From assembly GCF_003367075.2 (NCBI RefSeq), contig NZ_CP065936.1:390001-422000 (forward strand): DNA of 32,000 nt, read 5' to 3'. The notes under the pieces are model-generated. The model searched no databases, was not told the DNA's origin, and saw nothing but the letters and a program-made list of their open reading frames with translations. Positions 27,073-32,000 of this stretch are shown piece by piece. The stretch is from Cylindrospermopsis raciborskii Cr2010 (GTDB lineage: Bacteria > Cyanobacteriota > Cyanobacteriia > Cyanobacteriales > Nostocaceae). Made by a program: the position numbers and the translations under genes. Each line of letters begins with the position of its first letter. The stretch's first letter is position 1.

Positions 27073-27073
27073 A

Positions 27074-27298
27074 TTACCCCTTAGGTTTGACACCCTTCCA
27101 TTCTTGAATCAATTCCTTGTTTTTAAAAACTTGCACCGTTGGTGTACCCACAATTCCAGCATTTTGCGCAATGTCCTGATCCTCATCAATATCGATTTCC
27201 ACAAAATGTATCCTCCCATCAAAATCATCCACCACCTTGTTGAGTATGGGTTTAAGGGTATGACAAAGACCACAACCAGGAGCAACATACTTTACCAC
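27074..27298 (-). pseudogene. Duplicated 3' fragment of the NTRC thioredoxin domain (74 codons, CGPC changed to CGLC)
   Basis: [73 protein letters not shown] is near-identical to residues of the intact gene. It lacks the N-terminal part of the Trx fold. It starts only at a GTG that follows an in-frame TAA. Confidence 0.75.
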
Positions 27299-27318
27299 TA
27301 ACAGGCGATCGGTCCATT

Positions 27319-27408
27319 AAGTGGGTGAGTGGAATTAAACATTAAGATGAACGTAGGTTGGGTTGAGGATACGAAACCCAACACCCCCACAGGTTACCCT
27401 ACAAATTA
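27319..27408. repeat. MITE-like repeat, copy 5 (subfamily B)
   Basis: It differs from copy 4 at one position (GAGTGG vs GAGTAG). Its right end overlaps the NTRC stop codon (TAG at 27401-27399, minus strand). Confidence 0.75.
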
Positions 27409-28612
27409 CCCCCAATTACCTCACGATATTCCCCCTTAGGTTTGACACCCTTCCATTCTTGAATCAATTCCTTGTTTTTAAAAACTTGCACCGTTGGTGT
27501 ACCCACAATTCCAGCATTTTGCGCAATGTCCTGATCCTCATCAATATCAATTTCCACAAAATGTATCCTCCCATCAAACTCATCCACCACCTTGTTGAGT
27601 ATGGGTTTAAGGGTATGACAAGGACCACAACCAGGAGCAACATACTTTACCACTAACAGGCGATCGCTTTCATGGAATAGTTTCCTGAGAGCATAACCAC
27701 CATGATGGCGTGTTTTCTGTAGATTGAACTCGGTGGGGGGAATTTCTTGTTGGGGTTGGGTGGTGGATTCTGGAGTTGGTTCCGATTGGGTTTGATGGAA
27801 TTCCTGAATTAAACCCCCTGATGATAACCATCTTTCTGCTAATAGTGCTGCTTGACAACCAGTACCCGCAGCGGTGATTGCTTGACGAAATTCATGGTCT
27901 TGAACATCACCAGCAGCAAACACCCCCTCCACACTAGTTTCCACATTTCCATGTCTGGTGACAATGTAACCTATCCCATCTAGCTCCAATTGTCCCTGAA
28001 ATAGCTCTGTATTTGGTTTATGTCCTATGGCGTAAAATAAACCCCTAGCAGGAATGGTATTTTCTTCCCCTGTATGGTTGTTACGCACTTGCACCCCCAC
28101 CATTTGCTCCTTACCGATTACATCTACCGCTTCTGTATGCCAGTGAACCTTGATTTTAGAATTACTTAAAACCCGATCTTGCATAGCTTTAGAAGCACGC
28201 ATCTTATCAGAACGCACTAATAAATGTACTGTAGAGCCATACTTGGTGAGGTAAACAGCTTCTTCCGCTGCGGAATCACCAGCACCAATTACCACCAACT
28301 CTTGACCGCGAAAAATAGGAGTTGCACCATCACAAATGGCACAAGCAGAAATTCCCCGACTCCAAAACTCCTTCTCACTGGGTAAACCTAGACGTTTAGC
28401 AGTTGCACCAGTCGCAATAATTAAACTATGGGTTTTCACCTCCCTCTCTGAAGAACTAACAATAAAAGGACGCTGACTCAAATTAACGGATATCACATCC
28501 TCTGTGTACAATTCTGCCCCCCAGCGTTCCGCTTGGGCTTTCATATTAGTCATTAAATCTGGTCCGGTGATTCCCTGGGGAAATCCCGGAAAATTTTCTA
28601 CTTCCGTGGTTG
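27399..28612 (-). CDS. NADPH-dependent thioredoxin reductase C (TrxR-Trx fusion), exon 2
   Basis: The track ORF 27399..28553 begins at an internal Met. The frame is open upstream to the 3' splice site and reads (T)[24 protein letters not shown]. It has the TrxR redox site CAICDG, the NADPH site [10 protein letters not shown] and a C-terminal Trx domain with CGPC. Joined to exon 1, the length is 1389 nt, or 462 codons plus a stop. Confidence 0.9.
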
Positions 28613-28618
28613 GTTAAA

Positions 28619-30169
28619 CTAAGCCAAAAGGTCACCCTCTTGACTCGTCTTCAGAACCGTGCATGAATTTTTCAATTCACACGGCTCCTCAATGGGGTGG
28701 GACTTGTCTTGTCTACCTAGCATACCGTCTTTAACAGCTTTTGCCTGGGGATGAATATTCTGTGTGCTTCCAGATCTTCTTAATTTCAAATCTTGGTGGA
28801 TATGTTGGTGCTTCATCAGTTCGTAGGTTTTACCCCCCGAGTTCTGGTGACAAAATCTCCAACTCTCTCCCATTGACCAGTATTTTTTACTAATCCATCT
28901 CTTACCTTTTTGGTTGTGTCGTCGTCGTGACCAAGCTCTTAATTTAGATTGTAACTCAAAATCTACCTTGCTAAAAATGCGATCGCTTATTAGGGGAGAG
29001 TAGTATTTTGTCCAGCTTTCAATTAAGGGATTCAGCTTACTAATCAGCACTGATTGTTTAGCGGATCGGTGCTGGTCAATAATTGCTCCCAGGGACTTAG
29101 TATGGTGTTCTAGGCTTTCTTTACTAATAGAAATCAAAGTGCTATAGCTGGTGTTATAATGGTTTGACCCTGAATCAGAGTTTTGGGATAATTTGTCATG
29201 GGTGACAAACTGTCTAATATAAAACCCCAAAAAGTTACAACCCACATTTCCCTGATAATCATAGAGACTGTGGGAGACCCTGCTTCCTCCCGCTTTCAGC
29301 TGTAAACCCACTTCTGATAGCCATTGGGTAATAATATTCTGACACAGAATAATCACTTCCAATTCCTGATGTACCAGCACGAATCTACCTTTGTGCTTAA
29401 CAAAGTGAGGAATTACATCACAGCCAAAACTAGTAGTATCAGCTATTAGACCAACCCAATTAATCCTCCGTTGCAATTCCCCTAAAGCTGCACCCAATAA
29501 AAGGGAACATAGGGAATGTGGGTGATTGAGAAAACCCAACTTCAACCATAATTTGATTTGTTTCCCCAGTAATGGAAAAGTATTAAGCTGCTTGAGGAAA
29601 TATTCAGGGTTAACCCCCTGGAAACTTTCTTCCAACTCACCAACTAAAACATACTTAGGTTTTTTTACCACTTCCCTGCGAATAGACCTAATAGCATCAT
29701 AACAAGAAATATCAGAATTAGCCTCGTGTAAACCCAAATTTAACTTTGCATCCCATTCTGGACTCATCGCCATACTAATAAGCAAAGTCAGAGCCTGGTT
29801 GTATATAGTAAACACAACCAAAGAAAGATTTTTCCTGACCAGTAGTGATTTGGCAATAACAGAGAGTTCCCTAGCCAAAACCAGTTTTTGTTCAGGAGAG
29901 AAAGATTTAGCACCCTGGTCCTGGGGAAATACCCCCTTCACCGCAATACATCTTGCTGACCAAGATTTAATTAACAGCTTCTGGAGCTTATGAACCGTTT
30001 TGACATCCCCACGCTGCGAGGCTTTGTATATTCTCTTTTGCAGCTTAAAAACATGACGTTCCAGTTTTTTCCAAGGAATTTCTTGCCAGTTTACATCTGA
30101 CTCAATTTCCCCAGGAACTGGTCCATTGTTTTTCCATTCCATCCGCAAGTTATTTTGGGCCTTGGACAT
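28619..30169 (-). CDS. Group II intron-encoded protein: degenerate RT domain, retained maturase (X) domain, no recognisable endonuclease domain
   Basis: 516 aa with an ATG start. The N-terminus WKKLERHVFKLQKRIYKASQRGDVKTVHKLQKLLIKSWSARC and the X-domain-like LISKLNPLIESWTKYYSPLISDRIFSKVDFELQSKLRAWSRRRH are typical of cyanobacterial group II IEPs. There is no YADD; the protein contains no Asp-Asp dipeptide anywhere. Confidence 0.85.
   Translation of the reverse strand: MSKAQNNLRMEWKNNGPVPGEIESDVNWQEIPWKKLERHVFKLQKRIYKASQRGDVKTVHKLQKLLIKSWSARCIAVKGVFPQDQGAKSFSPEQKLVLARELSVIAKSLLVRKNLSLVVFTIYNQALTLLISMAMSPEWDAKLNLGLHEANSDISCYDAIRSIRREVVKKPKYVLVGELEESFQGVNPEYFLKQLNTFPLLGKQIKLWLKLGFLNHPHSLCSLLLGAALGELQRRINWVGLIADTTSFGCDVIPHFVKHKGRFVLVHQELEVIILCQNIITQWLSEVGLQLKAGGSRVSHSLYDYQGNVGCNFLGFYIRQFVTHDKLSQNSDSGSNHYNTSYSTLISISKESLEHHTKSLGAIIDQHRSAKQSVLISKLNPLIESWTKYYSPLISDRIFSKVDFELQSKLRAWSRRRHNQKGKRWISKKYWSMGESWRFCHQNSGGKTYELMKHQHIHQDLKLRRSGSTQNIHPQAKAVKDGMLGRQDKSHPIEEPCELKNSCTVLKTSQEGDLLA
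28654..28687 (-). ncRNA. Group II intron domain V (catalytic hairpin)
   Basis: GAGCCGUGUGAAUUGAAAAAUUCAUGCACGGUUC. It has a 9-bp lower helix containing the AGC triad, a 5-bp upper helix, a GAAA tetraloop and a 2-nt 3'-side bulge (AU). The total is 34 nt. Confidence 0.9.
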
Positions 30170-30825
30170 TTTTACTGCTACTTAAAACCATACATTCCAA
30201 CCCATCGTGTCTACGTCAGCTTATCCTTTGGCTCTCCCAAAGGCCAATGCTTCTTAGACAATCCCTCCTACTATGTTGCTTGCGGTTAGCACCTACTCAA
30301 GTTTTCGACCTCAACTCAAGAGCTAACATAGAGGTTACTTCGTTCCTAATCTTCGTTTGGCGTTAGTTTTAGAACCTCTCTCTCCACCGGGTTACTTCCA
30401 GGGTGCAAGGTTGCAAATAATGAATTTTCCAACCCTTTTCACCATTCCCAATTTTAGGAAAAGCCTAATCCGCGTTGGCTTATTGGTCATTACGATGGTT
30501 CTGTCGAAAGTTTGACCCCTAGGTCTGTTCATGACTAACTGTGCTAGAAGGGATTCCCAGTCGGACTCTATAGGTTACCTCCGTTTATCCCCGCTTCATT
30601 AGTTTGATGGCTACTCTCTCCAATGGGGGATATGCTTTCACCCATGCACCTTAGGGGAAGGAATTACCTGATATTCAATAATGTTCAGGTTCACCTTCAC
30701 GAAGATTAAGTTATCTGGGTTTATTCCACCCAGTGACCTATCCCTCAATCTTATTATTGGTTATGCAAGCTATAGCTGTTTTACAACTATTATTTGCACT
30801 CATAATCAGAATTGATTTCAGATCA

Positions 30826-31023
<198 letters not shown>

Positions 31024-31225
31024 CTACTGAATATAGTATAACAGAATGATGCCTGTGCCCAACCTCTTGTATCAAAAGTAAGCTTAAATTTTAACGGTTA
31101 TGTGAACCATTGATAATATTACTCTATATCATAAAATTTTCCTTGGCTTCAATAACAGAAAATTACCCACATTCCTTTTGGTTTTTGGTATAAATAAATC
31201 AGAATGATATTACCAACAAGCTACC

Positions 31226-31750
31226 ATGAAAACTAAACTCCAGGTTAAACTACTCCAGTATATCCTGATTAGGGACAAAACAGCTCAAGGTTTTACTCTG
31301 CTAGAACTACTAGTGGTTATTGTCATTATTGGTATACTGTCCGCGATCGCCTTGCCCTCTTTTTTTACCCAAGCCAACAAAGCTAAGGAATCAGAGGCTA
31401 AAACCTATGTCAGTTCCTTTAATAAAGCTCAAACCCTATACAGGCTAGAAAATACCGGGTTTGCTACCACTCTTAATCAGTTATCAATTACCGTTCCCGC
31501 ATCCACAGATTTTTACAACTACACGATTGGAGGGAGTGGTACTATTACCAACCTTACAGCAAGTACTAAAGACCCTAACTCCCTCAAAGGGTTTAGTGGT
31601 GGAGTAACCATATTGTCAGGAAGCGGACAAACCCAGTCTGTTGCCTGTCAAACTGAACAAGTGCAGCAAGTTCACCCTGTTGTTGTTCCCATTCTGGATT
31701 CTACCCAAGCCAAATGCGATGACACAAAAAATATGACCGCCATGAAATAA
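31226..31750 (+). CDS. Type IV pilin-like protein (prepilin N-terminal cleavage/methylation domain)
   Basis: 174 aa with an ATG start. It has the class III signal and N-methylation motif AQGFTLLELLVVIVIIGILSAIALPSF, followed by a variable globular domain with a C-terminal Cys pair. Confidence 0.85.
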   Translation: MKTKLQVKLLQYILIRDKTAQGFTLLELLVVIVIIGILSAIALPSFFTQANKAKESEAKTYVSSFNKAQTLYRLENTGFATTLNQLSITVPASTDFYNYTIGGSGTITNLTASTKDPNSLKGFSGGVTILSGSGQTQSVACQTEQVQQVHPVVVPILDSTQAKCDDTKNMTAMK

Positions 31751-31768
31751 TCAAATAAATTATAGCCT

Positions 31769-31817
31769 GAGCCAGAAAGTTTAGTACTGACTAGTCGTTC
31801 TGGCTCTCCCTTTTATT
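31769..31817 (+). terminator. Rho-independent terminator candidate downstream of the pilin gene
   Basis: A perfect 9-bp stem pairs GAGCCAGAA (31769-31777) with TTCTGGCTC (31798-31806). It is followed by TCCCTTTTATT. The 20-nt loop is long for a terminator. Confidence 0.5.
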
Positions 31818-31827
31818 GATCGAGCGT

Positions 31828-31885
31828 AAAACCCCAACGCCCCCATGGGTTAGCCATCCTCATAAATAATCGTGCCTCCCTACTT
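31828..31885. repeat. MITE-like repeat, copy 6 (right half only, diverged)
   Basis: AAACCCCAACGCCCCCATGGGTTAGCCATCCTCATAAATAATCGTGCCTCCCTACTT aligns to the right half of copies 2 and 3 with several substitutions. The left arm is absent. Confidence 0.65.
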
Positions 31886-32000
31886 GGCTGGTGGTAGTAA
31901 TTACCGTACAAAAGCTAAAGATTCTCAATTTGAGGGAATATTGTATGATATGCTATGAGAGTTAAAACCAAAACTTAACCATAAAGTTAAATGTTGCACG

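Larger units (their letters stand above)
26982..27666. repeat. Tandem direct duplication: unit A 26982-27311 (330 bp) and unit B 27314-27666 (353 bp)
   Basis: Each unit is a MITE-like element plus the last roughly 235 bp of the NTRC thioredoxin domain. My by-eye alignment shows 4 substitutions and one 23-nt deletion in unit A. Two nucleotides (GT) lie at the junction. Confidence 0.9.

Noticed and set aside
27104-27656. Two near-identical plus-strand ORFs (27104..27301 and 27363..27656)
   Set aside because: They are antisense shadows of the duplicated thioredoxin-domain sequence. The minus-strand frames carry the recognisable Trx motifs. The duplicate pair reflects the tandem repeat, not a gene family.
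27670-27858. A 62-aa minus-strand ORF inside the NTRC gene
   Set aside because: It is an alternative frame of a well-supported CDS, it is Pro/Ser/Arg-rich, and it has no motif.
29799-29993. Plus-strand 64-aa ORF inside the intron
   Set aside because: It is antisense to the intron-encoded protein ORF.

Overview
This is a chromosomal segment of a cyanobacterium. The evidence is 22 perfect HIP1 octamers (GCGATCGC) by manual scan, plus Ycf34, CP12, an NTRC-type TrxR-Trx fusion, a HetZ-related protein and a DUF751/Ycf33-like gene. A filamentous Nostocales-type genome is plausible but is only an inference. About 33 protein-coding genes are present, and most are ordinary housekeeping genes: a two-component cluster, mlaE-like permease, trmB, putA, purM, tsaB, ycf34, CCA-adding enzyme, larC, a Sua5/YrdC-type gene, rbfA, a CDF transporter, guaA, cbiD, cp12, a Dpp/Opp-type permease and a type IV pilin. 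I recognised no rRNA, tRNA or CRISPR array. The unusual content lies at 26.98-31.01 kb. (1) The NTRC gene is split inside its conserved [15 protein letters not shown] motif by a 2,224-nt group II intron (28613..30836, minus strand). The intron has a 5' GUGCG, a textbook 34-nt domain V, and a domain VI with a GNRA loop and a bulged A. (2) Its 516-aa intron-encoded protein has lost every reverse-transcriptase catalytic signature and the endonuclease domain, yet the frame stays open and keeps a maturase (X) domain. This suggests a matK-like, maturase-only protein. (3) The 3' end of the same gene is tandemly duplicated at about 99% identity together with a MITE-like element. The duplication leaves a thioredoxin-domain fragment whose active site has changed from CGPC to CGLC. 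A roughly 108-bp hairpin-rich MITE-like repeat family occurs six times in the window, always at gene boundaries. All product calls come from reading motifs in the translations; no database search was possible.
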